A DNA stretch of 64,000 nucleotides from a virus (taxonomy: Duplodnaviria > Caudoviricetes), in IMG/VR virus record IMGVR_UViG_3300005264_000079, positions 15,372 through 79,371 of that record; one strand, 5' to 3'. The position numbers and the translations under genes were made by a program. The notes under the pieces were generated by a model, which saw nothing but the letters and a program-made list of their open reading frames with translations, ran no database searches and was not told the origin of the DNA. Positions 1-8,808 of this stretch are shown here, piece after piece (position 1 is the stretch's first letter; the number at the start of each line of letters is the position of its first letter).

Positions 1-6
1 GCACTT

Positions 7-510
7 TCATTTACTCTCCTTTATCTTCTGTTTCTCAGGCATAATAAGGACATCAAATGATGGGAGAGTCTCTACCCAGTCACAAAAAACCTGCCAGTCT
101 GGGTGTCTGTGCTTTCTTCTTGCAATGTATATAGCTCTTAAAGTAGGATAAGAAAAGTAGCATATCTGATGATAATACTTATTAGGTAAATCTTTTTGCT
201 TCTGTGATGCTAATTCTTCCCCAGACATTTCTCTTAATTCATTGTGCATAGATGAAGATGTAGACAATACTTCTCTACCAATGCGATATGTATCTAATTC
301 CACCATCCACCCAATCTGAAAGTGCATATCCACCCAAACTATAGCTCCTCTTGAAAACTTAGCATGATCTGTTCCACGTTTGATGAGCACTTTTGCTAAC
401 TGCTCATCTTCTGTCTTTTGTTTTCTCCCTTCCATAGGAAGCCGCATTGCCTGTAGAGTGGGGGTAATCCCACCCACTTCTAGTGTTTCAATTTTTAATG
501 CTTTATACAA
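7..510 (-). CDS. ThyX/Thy1-like (FAD-dependent thymidylate synthase-related) conserved phage protein
   Basis: Motifs 'GTDHAKFSR', 'ELDTYRIG..STSSSMH' and 'RRKHRHPDWQVFCDWVETLP' recall a widespread phage family distantly related to ThyX; no canonical RHRxxxS motif. Start moved to TTG at 510 behind GAGAAGGA, just after the Pth2 stop. Confidence 0.5.
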   Translation of the reverse strand: MYKALKIETLEVGGITPTLQAMRLPMEGRKQKTEDEQLAKVLIKRGTDHAKFSRGAIVWVDMHFQIGWMVELDTYRIGREVLSTSSSMHNELREMSGEELASQKQKDLPNKYYHQICYFSYPTLRAIYIARRKHRHPDWQVFCDWVETLPSFDVLIMPEKQKIKESK

Positions 511-520
511 TATCCTTCTC

Positions 521-922
521 CTATAGTAATTTAAGATGTCCCGTAATTTTATCAATAACAGCACTATCAGCAGGGCCAATAGCAAGACATGTCTCCGTAG
601 CTTCCCCATGAAATTCTGTTTTACCAAGATCAGTAATCAAAGCACATGGCAACTCAGCATATGTAGCATTCTGAAATACTTGTAGTAATTCTGCTTCAGA
701 GTTTACAAACACCACAACTTTAGTATAGTCCCCTTCTTCCCATTCAATCATTTCAGGTGTTAGACCACTCTCTGGGTTAATGGAATAAGCCGTAATGAGT
801 TCATTTGATTGAAACATCCTATCAAACCACACCTTCATAGAGGCATGAGAGGCTTGAGCCACAATTTTTCCCTTCCTCATATTTAGATCTTTCCTAATTA
901 CAATTACTTGTTTAACCACCAT
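521..922 (-). CDS. pth2: Peptidyl-tRNA hydrolase, Pth2 (archaeal/eukaryotic-type) family
   Basis: 'KQVIVIRKDLNMRKGKIVAQASHAS', 'TKVVV', 'ITDLGKTEF', 'TCLAIGPA...IDKITGHLKLL' are the Pth2 signature blocks; ATG at 922 after GGGGAG. Confidence 0.93.
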   Translation of the reverse strand: MVVKQVIVIRKDLNMRKGKIVAQASHASMKVWFDRMFQSNELITAYSINPESGLTPEMIEWEEGDYTKVVVFVNSEAELLQVFQNATYAELPCALITDLGKTEFHGEATETCLAIGPADSAVIDKITGHLKLL

Positions 923-929
923 TTCTCCC

Positions 930-1211
930 CTAATTATCAACTATTTTATTTACAATTTTGGCATTACAAACAAAACTACTATCTTTAAAATACAATAAGG
1001 TTATTGTATCATCACTATTATTTCTTGTCAACCCCCTAGCAATAAGTTTTTGTGATACTACTTCCCCTACAAAGTTTGCACCAGAAACACTAACTGTTTC
1101 TCCTATCCAATTTTCTACTTTAATAGGGATTATTTCTTTTTCTTTTTCTTTTTCTTTAGTAGACTCTTTTACGTTACTATCATTAAAGTTCTTTTTCTTT
1201 TTCTTTTTCAC
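930..1211 (-). CDS. Hypothetical protein (Lys-rich N-terminus)
   Basis: ORF track; overlaps neighbours in operon fashion. Confidence 0.6.
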   Translation of the reverse strand: MKKKKKKNFNDSNVKESTKEKEKEKEIIPIKVENWIGETVSVSGANFVGEVVSQKLIARGLTRNNSDDTITLLYFKDSSFVCNAKIVNKIVDN

Positions 1212-1762
1212 AAGTACTCCTCTAATTCGTGCAAGGATCTAATTTTAGGCAAATCTTCTTTGTAATTGTAAAATGTTTTATACAAATAAGCTTCTCCTCC
1301 AGCATTCATGAATTTCCTAATATTATCAGGACTATCATCAATAAGGATACCATTGCTGGCTAACAAATGCTTGTCTCGTAACATCACTATGTCAGTGTTG
1401 GTGTTTATCTTAGGGTAATTCCGTTTAAGCCATTCTTCTTTCTCTGAAGGGCAAAAAGACCATCCGAAAGGAAGAGTACACACGTAGACAAAATGTTTAG
1501 AGTAAAGATCCATTTCTTCCATTTCTGTGTATATCTTATTATTCTTATGTAGATTTCTCCAGAATAAAGGGTCGCTAAAAACTGTGGTTGTATGATGTCT
1601 CTCATGATTTCCCTCTGTATGAAACCATTTACTTAGATCATACCCATAAGGGGATTTTTCCCAAACACTATTTTTATAGTAGTACTTAACATAAGAAATG
1701 AAGTCATCCCCAAATGTATTCAACACACCGTCAAGATCAAAAAATATTGTTTTACTTTGCAC
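1208..1762 (-). CDS. HAD-superfamily 5'(3')-deoxyribonucleotidase (NT5C-like)
   Basis: 'FFDLDGVL' motif I, 'VCTLP' motif II, 'KEEWL', 'LIDDSPDNI' motif IV. Confidence 0.85.
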   Translation of the reverse strand: MQSKTIFFDLDGVLNTFGDDFISYVKYYYKNSVWEKSPYGYDLSKWFHTEGNHERHHTTTVFSDPLFWRNLHKNNKIYTEMEEMDLYSKHFVYVCTLPFGWSFCPSEKEEWLKRNYPKINTNTDIVMLRDKHLLASNGILIDDSPDNIRKFMNAGGEAYLYKTFYNYKEDLPKIRSLHELEEYL

Positions 1763-2321
1763 TAAGAATCCCTCCGTAAATAACCTCTAAAGATGTGTAT
1801 AAATCTAAAATAGAAGAATTATTTTCCACCGTGTGATCAGGAATTATCTTACTCATTTCGGTTTCACTTGGGTGGTGGTCGTTAGAAGCACTATCTTCTC
1901 GATTAACTCTAATAATAATACCACCCATCTTCCTTACAGTTTCTGCTTCATTTAAAAATCTTAGATCACTAATCACTACATTTGTGTCTGAACGTTGTAG
2001 TTCAAACCAATATTGAAAACGCTTTACCCAAATAGCTTTTCCTATGAGAGAGTTGAACTCCGGGTATAACTCAGGTAGTCTATCTCTGAATAAGTCTGTT
2101 CCTATAGCTTGCTGAGCTTTACGCATGCTAATCCCCCATTTAGGGTCAGTAGTTTCTTTGTATTTACCATTGATCCAATCATCCTCACATAAGAATATAT
2201 CTGCTACAGCCCTTTTAATGGCTCCTGCAAATTTGTAATTAATGAACCCATAATTCTCCTCAAAATAAGCGGCACATGTGTCTTTTCCTGACCTCTTCAT
2301 TCCCGTTAATGCTATTATCAT
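1752..2321 (-). CDS. Deoxynucleoside monophosphate kinase (T4 gp1-like)
   Basis: N-terminal P-loop 'IALTGMKRSGKDT', 'FAGAIK', 'RKAQQAIGTD', 'VISDLRFLNEA', 'HPSE'. Confidence 0.9.
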   Translation of the reverse strand: MIIALTGMKRSGKDTCAAYFEENYGFINYKFAGAIKRAVADIFLCEDDWINGKYKETTDPKWGISMRKAQQAIGTDLFRDRLPELYPEFNSLIGKAIWVKRFQYWFELQRSDTNVVISDLRFLNEAETVRKMGGIIIRVNREDSASNDHHPSETEMSKIIPDHTVENNSSILDLYTSLEVIYGGILSAK

Positions 2322-2677
2322 TTCCTGTACTTCTCCTTTCTTTTCTGTTCTGCATCTTTTATTTTCTGTTCTGCATCTTTTATTTTATCAGGATATTTAT
2401 TAATAAATTCTTTTACAGTACTTTTCCATAATTTTTCATCCCTGAATTTTTTAGCTTTATTTTCCAAATCATCTATATCAGCGGTATACATATTTGAATC
2501 CCAAGAAAATACCATTAAATCCTCAATAATTTGTCCTTCTGTGTAGTTATAACGTCTTAAATCAACCAAATCAACCAAAGTATGCTCAATCACCTTTTCC
2601 AGTGAGGAATATACATGTGCCGTTGTTATCTTGAAAGCTGTTCTATCACCTTGATTTGCTACTAAATATACTTTCAT
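2318..2677 (-). CDS. Hypothetical protein with C-terminal IKDAEQK duplication
   Basis: ORF track. Confidence 0.6.
   Translation of the reverse strand: MKVYLVANQGDRTAFKITTAHVYSSLEKVIEHTLVDLVDLRRYNYTEGQIIEDLMVFSWDSNMYTADIDDLENKAKKFRDEKLWKSTVKEFINKYPDKIKDAEQKIKDAEQKRKEKYRK
2341..2386. repeat. Perfect 21-bp tandem duplication (in frame)
   Basis: ttttctgttctgcatctttta x2. Confidence 0.95.
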
Positions 2678-2686
2678 TTATTTCCC

Positions 2687-3799
2687 TCACTCTGTTTCAT
2701 CTGTTTTATTCCACCAAATTAAATACTTCGGAGATTTTGCTTTAAACCCAATCTGCTGATTAGTAACGGATCTCCAAACAATACCCTCTCTTTTGACCCC
2801 TTTCTTCAACATGGATTCTCCATTAGACTCATCCAAAACGTCTTTAAGTTGTGCTGGCAATGTTACAAAGTTTTCTTTTAGTAGTTTAGGGACAAACTCC
2901 AAGTTGTACTTTCTGACAAATGCAATAATATCAACATAATTCCAACTCTTTCCTGTGTCAACATCAGTAATACCATAAACAAAAAATCGTAGCTCTGGAA
3001 AGGCATAAATATTCTTCTGAATTCCTGGGCCAGCTATTTCTCCTTGGATTGCTATTTTCTCTTTTGTTTCTTTAAAATGTGTTCTAAGAATTTGTTCTAT
3101 ATTGTAAAGCTCAGACACCTTATCCCAATTGCTACCATCCCCTTTATAGCGTATAGCATTGTGAGAGTACAAACGATAATGTGCTCTTCTTCCAATGAGC
3201 ATGTAAGTAGAAGCTTGTCCTTCGATTTTCTCTGTCTTATAGTACACCTCATTAGGGTAATTGGTTTTCAAATACTCAAATATTTTTTGTATGTTAGTTT
3301 CATCACTTTTATGGACAGTGGTGGGGTAAGCGTATTTTGCTTTCTTCTTTCCAAGGATAATTCTTCTAAACAAACGCCACTCAAGGAGGTAGCTAACAAA
3401 CTTCCCATACTTCCCTTTGTTTACCCTACTCTCTGCCAGGAACTCGTCGGGATCATATTTCCTGACACCAAGAACTTTTGCTACGCAATCTCCTTCTTTA
3501 GCATCTTTAGGGAGAATTGAAAGGGGGAAAACAATTCCTTGTGAAAATACACCTCCCATAGACATATTCCTAATCCTAAAACCATTATACTTTTTACTGT
3601 AGCATCTGGGTCTAAGGAATTCAAATTCAGGTTTTACAGGTAGTACAGTGTCATATTCTATATAGACAACTAAATCTCCTACAGCATAAGCTCCTTTTTC
3701 TACAATTACTTCCCATCCACCAATAGTAGCAAGTTCAATTCTATCTTTTTTTGCAATAGGTTTCAAATTTTCTATTCTCAATACATTAGCTAATTCTCT
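2687..3799 (-). CDS. ATP-dependent RNA ligase, DRB0094/Rnl5-like, with N-terminal OB-like domain
   Basis: 'KKDRIELATIGGWEVIV', 'FSQGIVFP', motif I 'TEKIEG', 'IQGEIAGPGIQKNIY', 'FFVYGI', 'REGIVWR', 'FKAKS'. Confidence 0.88.
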   Translation of the reverse strand, partial: RELANVLRIENLKPIAKKDRIELATIGGWEVIVEKGAYAVGDLVVYIEYDTVLPVKPEFEFLRPRCYSKKYNGFRIRNMSMGGVFSQGIVFPLSILPKDAKEGDCVAKVLGVRKYDPDEFLAESRVNKGKYGKFVSYLLEWRLFRRIILGKKKAKYAYPTTVHKSDETNIQKIFEYLKTNYPNEVYYKTEKIEGQASTYMLIGRRAHYRLYSHNAIRYKGDGSNWDKVSELYNIEQILRTHFKETKEKIAIQGEIAGPGIQKNIYAFPELRFFVYGITDVDTGKSWNYVDIIAFVRKYNLEFVPKLLKENFVTLPAQLKDVLDESNGESMLKKGVKREGIVWRSVTNQQIGFKAKSPKYLIWWNKTDETE

Positions 3800-3986
3800 C
3801 ATCGATGACAATCCCCCTTTCATCACTATCTTGCATTAGCATTTGGATTACTTCTGCTATTCTATCATTATCAGTGTAGTAATCCACAAGCCTATATGCT
3901 ACAGAAATAAGATCAAAATCTAAGATATCATCTAAATTTCTACCTTCAATGGTTATTCCCCCATTATTGTTTTTTAGAATCTTCAC
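3786..3986 (-). CDS. Hypothetical protein
   Basis: ORF track; packed operon. Confidence 0.55.
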   Translation of the reverse strand: MKILKNNNGGITIEGRNLDDILDFDLISVAYRLVDYYTDNDRIAEVIQMLMQDSDERGIVIDERIS

Positions 3987-4368
3987 TTTCTAATTCCTCC
4001 AATTCTTTCTTAAGCTGAATTATTCTCTGTTCTTTCCTCATTTCCTCTGCTTTCTTTTTTTTCCGCATCATGTCCTCACGATAAGCTTCTACCCACTTTT
4101 CATCTATGAGGTTTAAAGCAAGGGCCTCATCTACATCAATGTTTTCAAGGTAGAAACTGTCATGCTCATAGTCACCAATATTAGCTTTATGGTGTAGGAA
4201 TACAAATTCATTTGTCCAATCCTCATAAGGATCATGCTCACTTACACTAGAGATCAGAATAATCCCTTTATCAGTGTTGATGGCAAACTTACGGGAATCA
4301 CTTGCTACAGCTGTTATTGTAGCTCCTACCATTCCTTCTTCCTCAAGGCAATTAATTACCTTTCTCAT
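3964..4368 (-). CDS. Hypothetical protein
   Basis: ORF track; likely start ATG 4368 after GGGGA. Confidence 0.6.
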   Translation of the reverse strand: MRKVINCLEEEGMVGATITAVASDSRKFAINTDKGIILISSVSEHDPYEDWTNEFVFLHHKANIGDYEHDSFYLENIDVDEALALNLIDEKWVEAYREDMMRKKKKAEEMRKEQRIIQLKKELEELESEDSKKQ

Positions 4369-5017
4369 ACCAATCCCCCACATATTTAATTTTATCGGAA
4401 TACTCTGGAAGAAAAATGCCAAACCATTCTTTACACCCTTCAATTAGATTGTCTATTTTATGTAAATCATCTACATCCACATATTTTTGTTCCAAATAGT
4501 AAGCATTGTCATATCTGATTTTAGTGCGAAACTCTGCAAATTCAGCACCTATTTCCTCATCATTTTTTATAGAATCATCCCGGTATTTGTCATAACAAGA
4601 TGTGGATGTAATCTCGAACACTTCCACCCATTCCCATTTAACAAACCAAAGAAATTTAAATACAGGGAGATGGAGCATTATTTCACTAAAGTATGCTGTA
4701 TATTTTTCATCCATAACCCCACGTGTACTAATTTCAATAAATTCTGGATTTAGTTTCACAAACCTATTGAGTCTCTTTAGTGTTTTCCTTTTCCAAAGAA
4801 AATTGTCCCACTTTGGTTTGATGTCCCACTTAAGAACCTTATAACTTTCCTGCAACATTCTTTTCCTCAAAGAATGTCCTGTTTTTTCGCATTCGATTTT
4901 AAGCTCATTTTGCATTTTTTCCCATACATTGCTAAATGATTCTAATGCTTTTTCTTTCTTTTCTATCATTCTAAATATCCTCCCATAAACAAAAGCAAGC
5001 ACTTTCCATGTTATCAA
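4352..5017 (-). CDS. Hypothetical protein
   Basis: 221-aa ORF in operon. Confidence 0.65.
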   Translation of the reverse strand: MITWKVLAFVYGRIFRMIEKKEKALESFSNVWEKMQNELKIECEKTGHSLRKRMLQESYKVLKWDIKPKWDNFLWKRKTLKRLNRFVKLNPEFIEISTRGVMDEKYTAYFSEIMLHLPVFKFLWFVKWEWVEVFEITSTSCYDKYRDDSIKNDEEIGAEFAEFRTKIRYDNAYYLEQKYVDVDDLHKIDNLIEGCKEWFGIFLPEYSDKIKYVGDWYEKGN

Positions 5018-5025
5018 ATTTCATA

Positions 5026-5442
5026 TTAATCCTCCTTATATAAAGCACAATATCCTTTCACAAAAATGGCAAAGTTAGTATATAGTTCTTCAATAGAATC
5101 TACCACAAGTTTTGTTTTTGGTTCACAAAAATAAAAGCAAAATTCATCCTTAATACCATAATTAGATTCTACCATAAACTCTGCAAACTTGTCAAGCATT
5201 TCTTTTAAATAATCACATTCACAGCTTTTATTTTCAAGAATAAAAGCTGTTTCAATACCAAGAGAATATTTCTTTTTCTTCTTGTCATAAAATATTTCAA
5301 AATCATTAGCTTGATATTTTGAGGCTTCTCCACCCCAAGCACTTACCCCATAAATAAATTCCATATTCTTATTAAAATATCTACTAAATCCAGCATATCC
5401 AAAAAAGTAGAATATTACATTATCAATTAGCTTTTTTTGCAA
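5026..5442 (-). CDS. Hypothetical protein
   Basis: ORF track. Confidence 0.6.
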   Translation of the reverse strand: MQKKLIDNVIFYFFGYAGFSRYFNKNMEFIYGVSAWGGEASKYQANDFEIFYDKKKKKYSLGIETAFILENKSCECDYLKEMLDKFAEFMVESNYGIKDEFCFYFCEPKTKLVVDSIEELYTNFAIFVKGYCALYKED

Positions 5443-5445
5443 AGT

Positions 5446-5814
5446 TCATTTAACCCCTCCGTGATATGGGCAAGATTCAGAAATCCAATATCTTGCACCA
5501 ATTCTATCACGATTATCCATTACAGGACATGTACAACCACTAAGACCAGACCATTGGTATGTATGGTATTTTTCATTTTTCTCGAATCCCCATGCCACTT
5601 GCAAACTATATTCCAATTCTGTAATTTTGTCAATAATGTCTTTACAATTTGATCTTGTTAATTGCCCGTGTATATTTAAGTTTTCAGCTATATGAAATAT
5701 ATCTATTAGTTTAATGCGTATGTCAATAATATCATGCAAGTTTTTCCAAACATTATTTTTTGTTAATAAATCCTCATTTATTACTATTGTTTTCCCTTTA
5801 TACTTGATCTCCAT
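5446..5814 (-). CDS. Conserved phage hypothetical protein with CxC...CPxHG putative metal-binding tail
   Basis: 'GCTCPVMDN...SCPYHG'; AGGAGG RBS upstream. Confidence 0.65.
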   Translation of the reverse strand: MEIKYKGKTIVINEDLLTKNNVWKNLHDIIDIRIKLIDIFHIAENLNIHGQLTRSNCKDIIDKITELEYSLQVAWGFEKNEKYHTYQWSGLSGCTCPVMDNRDRIGARYWISESCPYHGGVK

Positions 5815-5856
5815 CAGATTTGTACCTCCTAATTTACTGGTTGTGTATTAAATAAT

Positions 5857-5885
5857 ATTTTAGCATAAACAAACATGCTTGTCAA
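5857..5885 (-). promoter_or_regulatory. sigma70-type promoter
   Basis: TTGACA-17-TAAAAT on minus strand. Confidence 0.75.
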
Positions 5886-5888
5886 GCA

Positions 5889-6080
5889 TTATCTAAATCT
5901 TTTTACAAAATCAGCACCTTTGGTAATAGCACCACCAAAAGCAGGTGGTTTATACAGTTCTCCACCACACTTAGAACAAAGGGTGGTTTTAAGGTATTTA
6001 GCAATATCCTTATGCTCCATAAGCTTATCAAACTTACTACCACAATCTTTACATTCAAATTCGTATATTAACTTAGCCAC
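5889..6080 (-). CDS. FmdB-like zinc-ribbon protein
   Basis: 'YEFECKDCG...CSKCGG'; GTG start. Confidence 0.7.
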   Translation of the reverse strand: MAKLIYEFECKDCGSKFDKLMEHKDIAKYLKTTLCSKCGGELYKPPAFGGAITKGADFVKRFR

Positions 6081-8808
6081 GCACTCCCTCCTCATTTTCT
6101 TCTGTATATCTATCTTCCCATGTTACCCGCTTACAACTGGTACCCCAATTCTTGTCGTAGTATTCAGCATCGACTTTCAATGGGAGAGCAAGCCACCTTA
6201 CTTTTCTATTAACATATGTTTCCATAGCATAGTGAATATCTTGTTCAAGCCCACCTTCAAAAAACTCTTGTGCATCTACACTAAATTCGGTAGAGTCATG
6301 CACCGTGAGTTTTATTGAGCTTTTGTATCCCTTCTCTTTCATGATCTCCCAAAGTTTAAGATTACCAAGAAGAGCTAGTACGAACCCACTTCCCTGTGAA
6401 TTACAATTACCTACAAAGGTTTTACTTAGTATACCACTGTATTTGAACCCAAATTTACTATAAAAGTAACCTTTAGTCAAATACTCTTCCCATGTTTTGT
6501 CTATATATTCTTTGAGCATTTTATATCTATCCCAATAATATTCATACACTTTTTTACACAAGTCCCGTAGCTTTTGTTCTGTAGCATACCCTTTATGTCT
6601 AAACCATGCAAGGTGATAATCTTTAAATTTCTCTTCAAAAAGAGTAGTATAGATTCTATTAGCTGAACCACCATACTGTAAAGCAAAGTTAGCTGATTTA
6701 ATATGTTGCCTCATTTCTTCTTTAATAAATTGTTTGACAGCATCTTTTGATAAGTCTTTCTCTCCTTTGGCTTTCATAATATACAATCCTGCTTCTTCTA
6801 AATCCTCCCCAAAGAATCTTTGAGTCATTAATGTATGACTATCTTCATTAGGATCTTCCAGTTCCTTAATCATTATCTTATCTTTAGAAATACCGATAGA
6901 GGAATACACTTCCAAACTCTTATAGTCATAAGCAAGGAACTCTTCCCCCTCTTCTGCAATCATACAACTTTTAATCATTTTAAGAGCTAATTCAAATCCA
7001 GCAATATTTTGAAAATTTGGAGAAGAAGAATTAGACCTACCCGTAGATGCCACTGCAACACCTACATTTGGATGAATCCTATTATTACAAACATACCGCT
7101 TAATTCCGGCTAAATCAGTATTAAGAAGTTTATATACTTTTTTATACTCAGTAAGTATGCTTGCGAGTTCAGATTTCACACTCAGCTCTTCAAGTACATC
7201 TTTATTTATGGACATATTTCCAGAATTTGTTTTTCTGTTTGTGGTGTGTCCCAAAATTTCAAAGAATAATTCCGAAAGTTGTGTATTTGAATTATAGTTA
7301 AAACTTTCTTTTGGATGCACTTGATACCACTTAGCAACTTCTTTACTATTTTTTATTTTGTATTCCAAAGTGATTAGTGTTTCTTCAAGTTTCATCTCAT
7401 TTTTGTTTAACTGCACTACATCTATCGGTGTCCCTTTAAAAGACATCTCACTATACATTCTCTGTGCTTTCATGTACAATTTAAAAATGAAATTCATTTT
7501 AGGATCATTTTCAATAATACTCATTTGGCGGTAAGCTATAATCTGAGTATGTAAAGAATCTTCTGCATTATACATTCCAACAGTTTTAGGTGGTAACTCT
7601 TTAAGCCTATTCAAAGAGTAGGGATCTTTTTCTACACGGCCTTTAATATAAGGTTCCACATTAGCATCATATCCAAGTACGCCATTAGTAATATAAGCAT
7701 TTACTTTAAGATTTGTTACTTTTTCTATAGTAGGTCTAATGATGTGTGCCCCAAGAACAACATCCCAATAACAATTTGTGATAGCAAATCCAAGTTTTTC
7801 TCTTGTCCACATATCCTCAAAACCAAAGTTTGCAATCACAAGGTTAATATCTTCAGAAGTTAGAAGTTTCTTGTATATCCTCATAAATACTTTGTTCTCA
7901 TTAAATATGGGGAATGAGTAAGCATACTCGTGTGTAGCAAATGAAACACAAAGGATTTCAGAATCAGATTTGTATGGGAGCAGAGAAGTAGTTTCATAAT
8001 CCATAGACAACACTTTCTCTTTTAAAAGTGTTCGCATAACACCGATGGCATCTGTAACATTATTTATATACTCACACTTGCTGATATAATCCACAGCTTT
8101 GAATTCTTCTGTAACAAGGATGTTCTTCAAGTACTTTTTAAAATACAATGATTTAATCCTAAAACTATCATCTTTAATCAACTGTGGTTGCTCCCATAGA
8201 GCTTTACCCTTTCTCTCTCTATAGTTATTATACTTTTTTAATATCTTTCTCTTTTCTACAAGAGCATTAAGAACAAACGAAGGATGGTAATTTATAATCA
8301 CCCAACACCCATACTCCTGGTCAGGGATTGCCTTTCCCATAAAACGTTCTGGCATCCCACTGCCAATACGTGACTTCTGAATTCTCTCCTGTAGAAACAT
8401 ATCTGTAGCTAAACCCCCTAATAGCAATATCTTTTTAGGGGATAACTCTTTAATAACTTCATCCATTCTCCTCTTACAGCCATCCTTCATGGAAGAAGTG
8501 GGAGCTTTTTCAGTGTAGCACTGGACAGCATTTAAGCTCCAACAATCCCTCTGTATGTCTATACCAATGTTACTTAACTCTTCCCTCATATAAGCAGAGG
8601 CAATATCAGTAAAAGGAGCACCATCTCTATCTTCTCTCCTACTTACTTGACCCCCAATGATGAGAATTCCCTTGTCACCATTACCAGAATAAGACAGTTT
8701 TCCATTTTTACAATTTTTGTATGCTCCACAAGATTCACACAAAGTGATTTTCTTAGTATTTATCTTTTTTCTATTTATTTTTTTCTTTGGTGGTATAAAT
8801 CCGTTCAC
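6073..8808 (-). CDS. polA: Family A DNA polymerase with N-terminal family-4 uracil-DNA-glycosylase-like domain and 3'-5' exonuclease
   Basis: UDG-like: CxxC, 'ILIIGG', 'NAVQC', 'ILLLGGLA', 'NYHPSFVL'. Exo: 'MDYETT', 'YNAED'. Pol: 'TGRSNSSSPNFQNI', motif A 'YDYKSLE', motif B 'KSANFALQYGG' (Phe at the E. coli 762-equivalent), motif C 'TVHDS'. Confidence 0.95.
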   Translation of the reverse strand: MNGFIPPKKKINRKKINTKKITLCESCGAYKNCKNGKLSYSGNGDKGILIIGGQVSRREDRDGAPFTDIASAYMREELSNIGIDIQRDCWSLNAVQCYTEKAPTSSMKDGCKRRMDEVIKELSPKKILLLGGLATDMFLQERIQKSRIGSGMPERFMGKAIPDQEYGCWVIINYHPSFVLNALVEKRKILKKYNNYRERKGKALWEQPQLIKDDSFRIKSLYFKKYLKNILVTEEFKAVDYISKCEYINNVTDAIGVMRTLLKEKVLSMDYETTSLLPYKSDSEILCVSFATHEYAYSFPIFNENKVFMRIYKKLLTSEDINLVIANFGFEDMWTREKLGFAITNCYWDVVLGAHIIRPTIEKVTNLKVNAYITNGVLGYDANVEPYIKGRVEKDPYSLNRLKELPPKTVGMYNAEDSLHTQIIAYRQMSIIENDPKMNFIFKLYMKAQRMYSEMSFKGTPIDVVQLNKNEMKLEETLITLEYKIKNSKEVAKWYQVHPKESFNYNSNTQLSELFFEILGHTTNRKTNSGNMSINKDVLEELSVKSELASILTEYKKVYKLLNTDLAGIKRYVCNNRIHPNVGVAVASTGRSNSSSPNFQNIAGFELALKMIKSCMIAEEGEEFLAYDYKSLEVYSSIGISKDKIMIKELEDPNEDSHTLMTQRFFGEDLEEAGLYIMKAKGEKDLSKDAVKQFIKEEMRQHIKSANFALQYGGSANRIYTTLFEEKFKDYHLAWFRHKGYATEQKLRDLCKKVYEYYWDRYKMLKEYIDKTWEEYLTKGYFYSKFGFKYSGILSKTFVGNCNSQGSGFVLALLGNLKLWEIMKEKGYKSSIKLTVHDSTEFSVDAQEFFEGGLEQDIHYAMETYVNRKVRWLALPLKVDAEYYDKNWGTSCKRVTWEDRYTEENEEGVRG

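Noticed and set aside
7-8808. Wholesale thymine replacement (U or hmU DNA)
   Set aside because: The UDG-PolA fusion and nucleotide enzymes recall SPO1, but no dCMP deaminase or hydroxymethylase is recognisable in the window.
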